From a virus, in the IMG/VR virus record IMGVR_UViG_3300006923_000013, positions 1-64,000 of that record: 64,000 bases of DNA, one strand, 5' to 3'. The notes below the pieces were generated by a model that saw only the letters and a list, made by a program, of their open reading frames with translations, was not told where the DNA came from and ran no database searches. Numbering within the stretch: the stretch's first letter is position 1; each line of letters opens with the position of its first letter. The position numbers were made by a program, and so were the translations under genes. This document shows positions 29,701 to 36,975 of the stretch, piece by piece.

Positions 29701-32700
29701 TGCGCGTCTGGTTCTTACATCCGCAGAGTGCACTATTTCTCCTGCTTCGTTTACTGTTTGCCCATCGAGGGTACTGAATGCACTGAATGTTTTTGTAGCT
29801 ATAGCATGATTCTTAAGTCCGCCATTCGGATTAGTTTGTATTGTAGAATACCTTAATGCTGTTCCTACTTCTGCTCTGATTCTATCATTTATGATATCTG
29901 TCATCTTAGACACGAATGCTGGCTTTTCAAGAAGATCCTTAATTACAGGATGAACTATGGTCTTTCCAACCTTAAACCCGATCTTTTGTAAAAACTCCTC
30001 ATCATTAAAAGAAGGAAATGTTACGAATTTAGTGCCGTTTGCATTTTCACGTAAAAGCTTTCCTGTCTTCTTATCCTCTCCCTTATAGTGATAATTTTCT
30101 ATAAGTTGCGAATCGGTAAGTGCGTGTTTTCCGAACAGTTGTAAATCAGCTTGATATATAGCTGCCATTTCGGTAACAGCATAGGTACTAAATATCTTAA
30201 GTATATGAGGAGGTATAATATAAGTATCTGTTTTTTTATTATACTCTATCATATTAATATCCGAAGGAGTTAAATATTCTACTCCTTTATATAGCATCCA
30301 AACTCCTTTATCTGCCATAGTTGCAGGGCTGTAAGTATGCTTTAAAGTCATATTTACTCGAAGTGTGTATTCGTCTGCGGGGTTCAAACCTTTATAGTCT
30401 GTTCCGTGATCGTTTCCTCCCTGTTTCTTGTAGGTATTGAAAGTTTTATATACTAACTTTTTACCTTTTTTCAACTGCTTCAGTAATTGCGATTGACCAT
30501 GATATGGACTTTTTAATAACTCATCTGCATAATAAGAAGACCTGTTCATTTGTAATGTACGCTTCTTGAAGAAATTATTCAGTGAGTATATCCAGTAAGT
30601 TTTACCTTCTGGACCCAGGATAGTAGTTTGACCAAAATCTTCTGTTACAACTGCCTCTCCTGCAGCAAGTTTCATTACAAAACTCTCTTTAAGCATATGA
30701 TTTTCTACGAAATCTACAGCTACATTTCCTTTATTTTTTCCCTTTCCTGCCAAAGTACCCATAGAATATGTAGAACCTGTTCCCATAAGTTTTGACATGC
30801 CACCTATAAATATCCTACGAGCAGTTTTAAATTCTGGAGAAATCAGGTTAAATGCCTGTTCTAATCCCTCTTCGCTCATTTCTATTCCTAAGTGCTCTAA
30901 AAATATACGTGTAGTATGAGAAGTAGACGCTGTAAGACCTTCATTACGTAAATCGAGCATAACTTGTAACCACATAGCACTGTTACGTGCGGCTACGTCT
31001 TTATTAGCTGTAATTACAAGATTCCCCTCTTTATCCTCTTTTTTGCTATATAAGGGCAACTCCTTATGATTCTCAAACCATCTATCTCGAATACGATATG
31101 CTTTACCTTGCTGTTGAGGGTCTATAAACTTATATAGTAAGCTCTTCTGTACCTGTCCTTTTACTTCGTAAACTAAATTCTGATACAGAACAGTTAAGAA
31201 ATTGCTATTTGATTTACTCATAGCATTAAAGAACTGTGTCCTTTCATTTATAGGTAACGCTTTTACACGAGTATATAAACTCTCAAATGTTCTATCTGAA
31301 ACCGATAAAGTCTCTAATTTGACCATCATCTGATCGTAAGAAGATATAGTTTTACCTTGTTCATTGGTATATGTAACAGTATCAGCTAATAAAGCCTCAA
31401 CTGTGTTCCACATATGCCCAGGATTAGCCATTACAGGCAATCCCGTGTCTACATTCGTAACTAGTTCACCGTTCTTATCAAATAGCGGTAAAAAGCTAAA
31501 GAATACCCTGGTAGTAGTAGTAGCATTTTGCTTACCACTGGTCTCAAACGGAGATTTAGATGCAGCCAAGACATCAGCGTTATCCTTTCTCGTTTCTTCG
31601 TTTTCTCTGATTCCTAATTGTTGTAATCTAAGTTCTGCATGTTCAACAAGGACATCTACTTCTCTTAGTAGTAGTTTTCTCGCATTCAAAAAGGGCTTTT
31701 CATTTTCTATAGTTTCTGCCCTTTTGACCTTAAATTCTAAATATGCTTTAAAGAAAGCATGTAATTTCTTACTCTCTTTCGCATTAGCTTCAAAACTCTC
31801 TATATCCTTGATATTATGAACTCCTCCTATTCCTCCTGCGTTATCTATATAGTGGTGTAAAGTAATATTAACTGTCTGCTCTACTGTACGGGGGTCTAAG
31901 GGAAGCCTCTCCATTGCTAAAGCATGTAAACCTTTTCCACTGCGCCACGCTTCTACTTTAGCCGATATAGGCTTAGTATTAGCGTAATACCCTGCAGACA
32001 TACGGTAGAACAGTAAGTCTGTGTGCATACGGGTTTTAGGATTCATCATATATCCGACTAAAGCCTTGATATACTTAAACCATCGTATTACCTTCTCTCC
32101 TACTCCTGCAGTTTCACCTGTAGTTTCCCAATATCTATACTCTTCAGCACGTATTTCAGAATAATAGATAGCCTCTGCTACTTCTTCGGTAATATCCTTA
32201 TGTTTAGATTGAATCTCTTTGATCATGGCTTTGGTAGGAACACCAAATTGCTGCCTGGTCTGAATATCTAATCCTCTACGTTGCTCTGGTGCAAGCCATA
32301 ATTCTTCAACAGCATGATAGGCTTCGTGGTACTCTGCGCCATGTACAGCCTGTTCAGATAAAGTAATCATACCCTTTCTAAATACACCGTATGCATATGC
32401 ACCTTTTCGTCCTAAGCTTATCAGGCTCTTTTGAATATTAACAGGAACAGTATCTCCAAGTACTCTCTTTAAGTATGCCCGAGCTTTAATCTCGTTGAAT
32501 TTCTCTTTAGGAGCTTTTTCCGAAGTGTCGTCCCCTACCTCTACTTCCATAGAAAGGTTTTCCATGTCATCGCCAAACTGGAAGTTATGACCCTCGTTTG
32601 TGGTTTCTTTTTTTGCTGCAGTTTTAGTATCTTCTTTCTTTTTTTCTTCCTTTTCTTCCCTACTCTTATTATGCACTTCAGTATTAAATATAAACTTACT

Positions 32701-35700
32701 TGCTGAATGTACAAGGTGTTTTGGTCTAAGTTGATCGTCTAATTTAGTGTCTGTACGCATAACATGCATATCTACATCCTCAGAATTGTTTTCTGTTAGA
32801 AAATGCTCATTATACTTATCATACTCATCTTCAAGGTATGTAACCCCTTGAAATACAATAGAACCCCGTTTCTTAAGGGACATTGTTTCCGAAGTGAATA
32901 TATCAAATATCGATTTATTTAATGCTGTTGAATGTACCTGACGTTTTTTGTTCGCTAAAGCCCACGCTATGAACTGCTCTTTGGTACTTTCCGTAAGTTG
33001 TACAAAGTCTCCAGCCTCACCGTCATAAAAATATGCTTGATTTTCTTCTATCACGAGAGCAGTATTTATGAACGGAGAAAACCCTTTTCCTGCTCCAAGA
33101 GTATAGTGCTGTTTTGCATACTCTCTAGACTCGAAAGAATATGTAAGCATTTCAAGGTATTGCAGAATTGACAACCCTGTATCTATTTCATTTCGCCAGT
33201 ACCTCGAAGACTTACTTCTTGCCTTTTTATAAAATTCAAGTATATCCAATAGATCAAAAACCTCATTCTCATTAAGCCCTCTTTGATTAAGCTTAACACT
33301 TTGCGGCTCTTCTGTAGCAGGATCAACTACCATCGCATAGACTACACCATTATTAGCCTTTGTACCTGTATCAAATCCTACAGTCGTACCTCCTCCAGTA
33401 ATTTCAAAGTCATTCTTAACTCCTAATACTACTGGACCATCTGGGAATAAAGATTTAATAGAGAAGTGCTCCCCTATATTTTCCTTTACTCCATCCCTAC
33501 TACGAAGCTCGTTCCAAAATGCCCTTACTTCTTGATATTTGGATATAGTACCAAATGCAGGTTCTCCTGCAACATACTGCTTGTATATTTTACGTCTAAG
33601 GAGCGCAGTAGCCTCTTTATTACTCTGATCTCCTGTGAGCCCGCTCTGCAAATTTACACTGTATTCAACTCCTGTTTTCGGATCCTTTATCCATACGTTT
33701 ATATGAAGCTTTGCAAGATCTCCGACTGGAGCATCTTTAGGAGGTGTAATTTTATTTCTATACTTATCTTTTATTATAGAGCTTGCGTACCAATACTTTG
33801 AATCGAAATCTATTTCGTATCTAACCTCTTTATTTTCAAAAAATATAGAGGGAAGAGAATTTATATACTTAAGAAAGAGATCCGTTATGTGTATTCCATT
33901 CCTTATAGATCCTATTAAGGATATAGGCTTTTTAGCATCTGTAAAACTTGGTTCGGGCTCAACTGCTTCTTCTTCAGTTGTATTTTCTTCTGTTTTAGGA
34001 CCTGAATTTCCATCTTGGTTATCGTGTTCTACCTTTTCTGCATTTTCAAATGAAGTGTTTACAGTTGGAACTACTTCAGGTTCTACAACTACTTCAGGCC
34101 CCACGTCTGCTTTTACTTCTCCTGTTTCTTCTGGCGCATGTTCCTCAGCAGTTTCTTCTGCGTTTTCGAATAGAGCATCATCTACTACAGGTATTACAGG
34201 TACTACAGGTTCGTCAAATTTAGAAAATAGATCATCTACATCATCGGACCCTTCCTCCTCCTCCTCCTTAGCCTTTTTAGCCTTTTCCGCTTCTTGCTCT
34301 TTCTTCTCATTTTTAGCATTCTGTTGCTTTCCATGAGAAGTAGCATTTTCAGCTTTAACTTCCTCAATTGGTACTATAAGTGTAATATTATCTCTTTCTA
34401 CTGGTACCTCTATTTCACCATTCCATACTCCATATGTAGCATTCCCTTCTTGATCTGTGGTTATTCTAAGATTTCCATGTTGTGCTTGCCCATTGGAATC
34501 TTTATATTCTACCAAAGCATTTTCTTCTAAACCTTCTTGATTTTGCTTAGCAATAGTAGGTTCTTTTTCCTTTACCTCTGGTCTCTCTAAAGTTTTACCA
34601 AAATCCTGTATAAATGGATTTGCCATGAGCGTTTCTCCATTTGACGCACTTTGTATCAACTCTCTGGTTACATCATTTTCCCGTTTAGATGCTTTGGCTG
34701 CAAATGCGGTATTATTAAGATCCTGTAGATCTTTATTTAGAGGAATACTTTTGGTCGTTGTATGTCCATGCTGTTCCAGCATAGTTTTGTACTGCTTTTC
34801 AAGTCCTGGTACAGCTTCTTTGTGCTCTGTAGCTTTTGTTCCCTTTAATATTTTTGTATAGTAATCCTCCTGTATCTTATTAATAGCAGCAAGACGCATA
34901 TCTGTAGTCCCAGGAAGAGCCTTAATACGCTTAAGCTTTGCTCTGGCTACATTCAATTCTGCCTTTAGAGCTATAAGTTCAGACATTCCCTGTTCCTTCT
35001 CCGTTGTAGGAGCTGGAAGACCTGCAATAACTTTTTGAATTTCTGACTCTGCATTGGAAATATCCTCTGCTAATCTTTCCCCTGTAGAGTAGTTACTGAT
35101 AAGGGCCCTAAATGCTGTGCTTTTATCTTCTACGCTTAACGATTTGAACTTCTCTTGATTTACATTACTATGGATTGCGGATGCAACGAGAACCATTTCT
35201 CTGGCTTTAGGCATATCCATCTTCTCTGCAATATCAGGAAAACTCTTCTCAATCTTATTGAGTAACTTATTAAGCTTTTTAGCTCCACCTTTCTCTTGAA
35301 GTTTAGTGAAAAGCCATTCAGACATTGCCTTATTATGCTCTGCATCCATATACCTATCGTATACCTGCTCTACAAAATCTTCTGCATCTGAACCATACAT
35401 TTGATTATCTACTACCTTCTGTGCAGTTCTTATGCCTAATTCTCCTACTGTTCTGGTACCTCCCATGACACCACCAAGCATTACTCCTGCATCAACAGAG
35501 GCTTTAAACTCTTTGGATTCCGTGCGTCCTCCTGCAACTCTATAGTCTAAAATCCTATTAATAGAGTTATTGACCATCCCTCCAGTAGTTTCTGCAGCCA
35601 GTCCCATACTGTTTACAATAGATTCGAGTCTTTCTAAATCATCATAGTCTCCTCTTAGATAACCATTCTTAATTAAGAACTGGTCTCCTTCTTCTCTTCC

Positions 35701-36951
35701 TTCCCAATAAGCTCCTACACCTACACCACCAGCTCCTGCACCTGCATAAGCAGCTCTTCTTCCCCATTTACCTGTAGGTAAGAAGTTTTTAAACTTACTC
35801 CAAGGTAAGAACCCTATACCTGCTTCAATCACATCTGTGGCAAATAGATTTTGATTCAGGTCATACACAGCCCCTACAGTAGACATCGTTTGTTTTTCAA
35901 GAGCAGCTAACTCTTCTTCTGGCATTTCCTTGCCATTATTAAGCAGTCTGTATTTTCTTTTCTCTCCCTCAATCTTAGATTCAAATGCTTCGTGCATTTC
36001 TGCGTAAGATTCTCTATTTCTAGAGTAAAGCTGTGCAGCAAGTGCTCCGCCGAATCCTACAGCGAATCCAATAGTACCTCCAACTGTTACTCCACCTGCA
36101 GCTCCTGGTCCTGACCATATAGTCGCACCAAGTCCTACTGTAGCCCCTACAAGTGCTGTAGCCTTTCCTGCAATATAAGGAGCAGCCATACTCGCCCCCA
36201 TTGCTTGTATTTCAGACATAGTTCCACCTAAATGGTGTGCAAGCTCCATCCAACTGTCAGGCCAAGCTCCTGGATTTGCTACATCCTGATCAATCCTATG
36301 TTGACCATATTTTCCTAAATAGTCAGATGCAGCCTTATGTTCTATTTCGTTTTCTTTTATATCTTGCTCATAATCAGCAATATCATCATCGATCTCTTGT
36401 AAAGCATCGAGCTGATCTTCAGTTGGTACTCCTCCTGAATTTTTAATATCTTCTTCGATTATGTTCTTTCTATTAGTAGCCTCAAGGATCTCTCCTTTAG
36501 TAGCACTTATCTGAATAGCATCTATATTCTGCTGAAGAGCATTCCATACATTACGTATTCCACTCTTTTCTAAGATCTCTTCTTTAGTACTTACAACCAG
36601 TGCATCCTCAGGGTTAAAACGAGGATCACTGTTTAAAAGCTTTCTATCTTCTCCTCCTTTATTTATATACTTAAGTAACTCTGATTTATAGCGTTGCTGA
36701 AGATACCCCGCTTTATCGGCTGTATAAGCATCCTGCTCTTCGAAAGAACGTGGGTCTTCTGGTCCATAAGGATTTATGGGATTCTCAAAAGGAAGCTCAG
36801 TATTTGGAGGGATTGGAGTTGTTGCTGTGCCTTGCTTATTTTGTAAAGGCTTATTCTGAAGTTCAGAGCGTAAGCTTTCGCTTTGCTCTACTTCCTTATT
36901 TTCAAACTGCTCTACATACTCTTCAATAGGCCTGTGTTGTTTAGCGCTCAT
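23773..36951 (-). CDS. Giant virion-packaged RNA polymerase polyprotein (4392 aa): N-terminal membrane segments, zincin, two-barrel RNAP, second zincin-like domain, C-terminal nucleotidyltransferase
   Basis: Catalytic KTGSDFDIDK (~28100-28130) with YRIPNQ and DGQGY motifs as in crAss-like vRNAPs; HEAYH (~32314-32328); EEFSH (~25072-25086); GSLAL...HDLDF (~24515-24590). Confidence 0.92.
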   Translation of the reverse strand: MSAKQHRPIEEYVEQFENKEVEQSESLRSELQNKPLQNKQGTATTPIPPNTELPFENPINPYGPEDPRSFEEQDAYTADKAGYLQQRYKSELLKYINKGGEDRKLLNSDPRFNPEDALVVSTKEEILEKSGIRNVWNALQQNIDAIQISATKGEILEATNRKNIIEEDIKNSGGVPTEDQLDALQEIDDDIADYEQDIKENEIEHKAASDYLGKYGQHRIDQDVANPGAWPDSWMELAHHLGGTMSEIQAMGASMAAPYIAGKATALVGATVGLGATIWSGPGAAGGVTVGGTIGFAVGFGGALAAQLYSRNRESYAEMHEAFESKIEGEKRKYRLLNNGKEMPEEELAALEKQTMSTVGAVYDLNQNLFATDVIEAGIGFLPWSKFKNFLPTGKWGRRAAYAGAGAGGVGVGAYWEGREEGDQFLIKNGYLRGDYDDLERLESIVNSMGLAAETTGGMVNNSINRILDYRVAGGRTESKEFKASVDAGVMLGGVMGGTRTVGELGIRTAQKVVDNQMYGSDAEDFVEQVYDRYMDAEHNKAMSEWLFTKLQEKGGAKKLNKLLNKIEKSFPDIAEKMDMPKAREMVLVASAIHSNVNQEKFKSLSVEDKSTAFRALISNYSTGERLAEDISNAESEIQKVIAGLPAPTTEKEQGMSELIALKAELNVARAKLKRIKALPGTTDMRLAAINKIQEDYYTKILKGTKATEHKEAVPGLEKQYKTMLEQHGHTTTKSIPLNKDLQDLNNTAFAAKASKRENDVTRELIQSASNGETLMANPFIQDFGKTLERPEVKEKEPTIAKQNQEGLEENALVEYKDSNGQAQHGNLRITTDQEGNATYGVWNGEIEVPVERDNITLIVPIEEVKAENATSHGKQQNAKNEKKEQEAEKAKKAKEEEEEGSDDVDDLFSKFDEPVVPVIPVVDDALFENAEETAEEHAPEETGEVKADVGPEVVVEPEVVPTVNTSFENAEKVEHDNQDGNSGPKTEENTTEEEAVEPEPSFTDAKKPISLIGSIRNGIHITDLFLKYINSLPSIFFENKEVRYEIDFDSKYWYASSIIKDKYRNKITPPKDAPVGDLAKLHINVWIKDPKTGVEYSVNLQSGLTGDQSNKEATALLRRKIYKQYVAGEPAFGTISKYQEVRAFWNELRSRDGVKENIGEHFSIKSLFPDGPVVLGVKNDFEITGGGTTVGFDTGTKANNGVVYAMVVDPATEEPQSVKLNQRGLNENEVFDLLDILEFYKKARSKSSRYWRNEIDTGLSILQYLEMLTYSFESREYAKQHYTLGAGKGFSPFINTALVIEENQAYFYDGEAGDFVQLTESTKEQFIAWALANKKRQVHSTALNKSIFDIFTSETMSLKKRGSIVFQGVTYLEDEYDKYNEHFLTENNSEDVDMHVMRTDTKLDDQLRPKHLVHSASKFIFNTEVHNKSREEKEEKKKEDTKTAAKKETTNEGHNFQFGDDMENLSMEVEVGDDTSEKAPKEKFNEIKARAYLKRVLGDTVPVNIQKSLISLGRKGAYAYGVFRKGMITLSEQAVHGAEYHEAYHAVEELWLAPEQRRGLDIQTRQQFGVPTKAMIKEIQSKHKDITEEVAEAIYYSEIRAEEYRYWETTGETAGVGEKVIRWFKYIKALVGYMMNPKTRMHTDLLFYRMSAGYYANTKPISAKVEAWRSGKGLHALAMERLPLDPRTVEQTVNITLHHYIDNAGGIGGVHNIKDIESFEANAKESKKLHAFFKAYLEFKVKRAETIENEKPFLNARKLLLREVDVLVEHAELRLQQLGIRENEETRKDNADVLAASKSPFETSGKQNATTTTRVFFSFLPLFDKNGELVTNVDTGLPVMANPGHMWNTVEALLADTVTYTNEQGKTISSYDQMMVKLETLSVSDRTFESLYTRVKALPINERTQFFNAMSKSNSNFLTVLYQNLVYEVKGQVQKSLLYKFIDPQQQGKAYRIRDRWFENHKELPLYSKKEDKEGNLVITANKDVAARNSAMWLQVMLDLRNEGLTASTSHTTRIFLEHLGIEMSEEGLEQAFNLISPEFKTARRIFIGGMSKLMGTGSTYSMGTLAGKGKNKGNVAVDFVENHMLKESFVMKLAAGEAVVTEDFGQTTILGPEGKTYWIYSLNNFFKKRTLQMNRSSYYADELLKSPYHGQSQLLKQLKKGKKLVYKTFNTYKKQGGNDHGTDYKGLNPADEYTLRVNMTLKHTYSPATMADKGVWMLYKGVEYLTPSDINMIEYNKKTDTYIIPPHILKIFSTYAVTEMAAIYQADLQLFGKHALTDSQLIENYHYKGEDKKTGKLLRENANGTKFVTFPSFNDEEFLQKIGFKVGKTIVHPVIKDLLEKPAFVSKMTDIINDRIRAEVGTALRYSTIQTNPNGGLKNHAIATKTFSAFSTLDGQTVNEAGEIVHSADVRTRRAIAAFGLNSIISNLEAMQVYAGNPAFYFNMDELSKRMPSLIAPGQDLNLAVGEEFFKMAVLRDIEEPSAYFGEYLASYKAANKKHGWGFSEADIKRILKPYSKVNQADGQGYISLERWAFIMKRLGRWDNSKIDEIYKRLLAGAGTAKDMKFIAAMPLKGMHYELRPYKGLMVPTYIKYSQAVLFPQVVKGTDKLETLYATMTDKTNPIDEVIFESGIKVGAQSPKHFTGEGKLKLNVMTLRNEYWKLQQDLRPHTASESLEGSQVKRNLLANIRINAQYTLDGKKVTGQNLIKQAHDIDRELSNMGKDKLYEEFGITTNDEGDPQITDYTKLHELIYKEFSKKESTPRKLLDSLELRADKRGFLRPLHSHPYADKIDQLIGSIITARTVKLKMPGGSYIQLSNFGFKRTKRWSSLTDAEKAEIEMVTNPNDLKPGISEVNKGGEFVKFSRAQIMLPSWFRDLIPNYEKMSSAEIQKYISDKRLLRGIAYRIPNQGMSSIDAFEVVGFLPKSMGDAVVAYDDITAKTGSDFDIDKMFIMLPNFGVDKNSGKPYYIEYKESMKGPILPPTEKQIEAIQEKNKKGTTSKEKATEIYYSKKRAIRKKALQNRKLEIYDAVISDPKTYIDLITPLDSIGVKFRAAKVRFFENYTTVFDHKMRARGEALIAADKLEDFIKFVTDAMSVKGDLEWFSASFQVDVKQQFVGGKTGVALTARQLVDHAISQFSLSDNVSEESPLYFSENLGIGNKTKSGFSDLSQIYNTAKGTITNIISGRLNAYVDIAKDPYIFYLNNNEFTANTVFLLDRLGANPEWTDMFMSQPILKEWVEYAQYTRAGNTKRIWDEKTKKTLTDKEAVLRDYKKKYIETMEGEGMSYINAEKAFKDEIKNINSKFGSNTLKLDNLLNISTLEEGIKNKEATDIEHIIHQLTVVETFFHLRQRASVLSSAIGASKQDVEGAGGGMVNSLVSERKLSDALQDTGLRGIAARFENTMLAKYRDNSTSLMLSLFKDSFNIGSAGFGSALWQIEEMSNNEYFSKNPEKLRRAYRDLYSMYLAKKAKSLTQEKFQELVISDNNIVNQLAFWQTSSKSPIKENRLIKYLLASKGNISNIKDEIGSITVPNTQEKDGVSKDLLTEAWEQLYLHEDKKVQAFAKDLALYSFIVSGYTNKLFSFHELMPLSLEDELFDRFNEEANTIEVSDGKGGSAVVSDTTDPGLFSRAELDIFFRNNSHNTDLVPEISDKFAEKVTSELGLEVYGFATGDTSLVKTELIDGREEVTRVTKYVTVNERLYRHAGWNSKQLPVYVVVNKLGKNDRGKTLFEPFLREGKGSNINTNNIILLDKALQKNVIVGTTFATKKLKEAGILVEVELSTSPNETTDVNTLFHLEENSFLNEVERAATLMENAADLQSVFDGKELKPSDKEFLAENGFSQDEIDIIERWLQRNALIYKGKPFNVLMAYRFSSLLEGHKDIVAKMQTLGEKADKKLDNYLADFLEEYGVIVTERSMQDMEERYGEGVLGVAHTLRKVIDIAKEDRTKMVMPEEFSHMLVDLVGVKSDLIKPLMQNITSWGKFGAIKRAYAKNRLYQNIDGSPNMEKIKKEAIGQIIGEAIIYANEKRVPKGKFLKLAYEAYEAILKIAKSIASIPVEIMADEIAQQVLSGDKKFMETYGRAKDKNFTLKTFEEGATKFPKAFEVMETAISKLNAVLVGSLALRSQGNVYRDKAETLHDLDFVIPESKRHFDTIQEVVQWLETDVKKEIPNFIPIYVFRPEKDEKIVVNAIITTHPHLVEKFVSLKGNFNKRLDKFTKEEQSQMLLIDFFLNTEHEVVTEQGHASWVSIFEAKFSDALSRDKDYYDHRNFIPHDNENREFSPAQESDFVFLHFTVPQIFAIGNKYLNKGTLGKGKDKKLQKKGKYFYGFKHDHAKSANYIGHINNTVFNKSPVLKLVRTERGMRAQIRPEKYISKDDLNDDPHTKDNCK

Positions 36952-36956
36952 ACGTA

Positions 36957-36968
36957 CAAAGATAATAA
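36957..36968 (-). promoter_or_regulatory. Bacteroidota -7 promoter element (TTATTATCTTTG), 5 nt before the RNAP ATG
   Basis: TAnnTTTG match in a 24-bp intergenic gap. Confidence 0.65.
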
Positions 36969-36975
36969 GTTAAAT

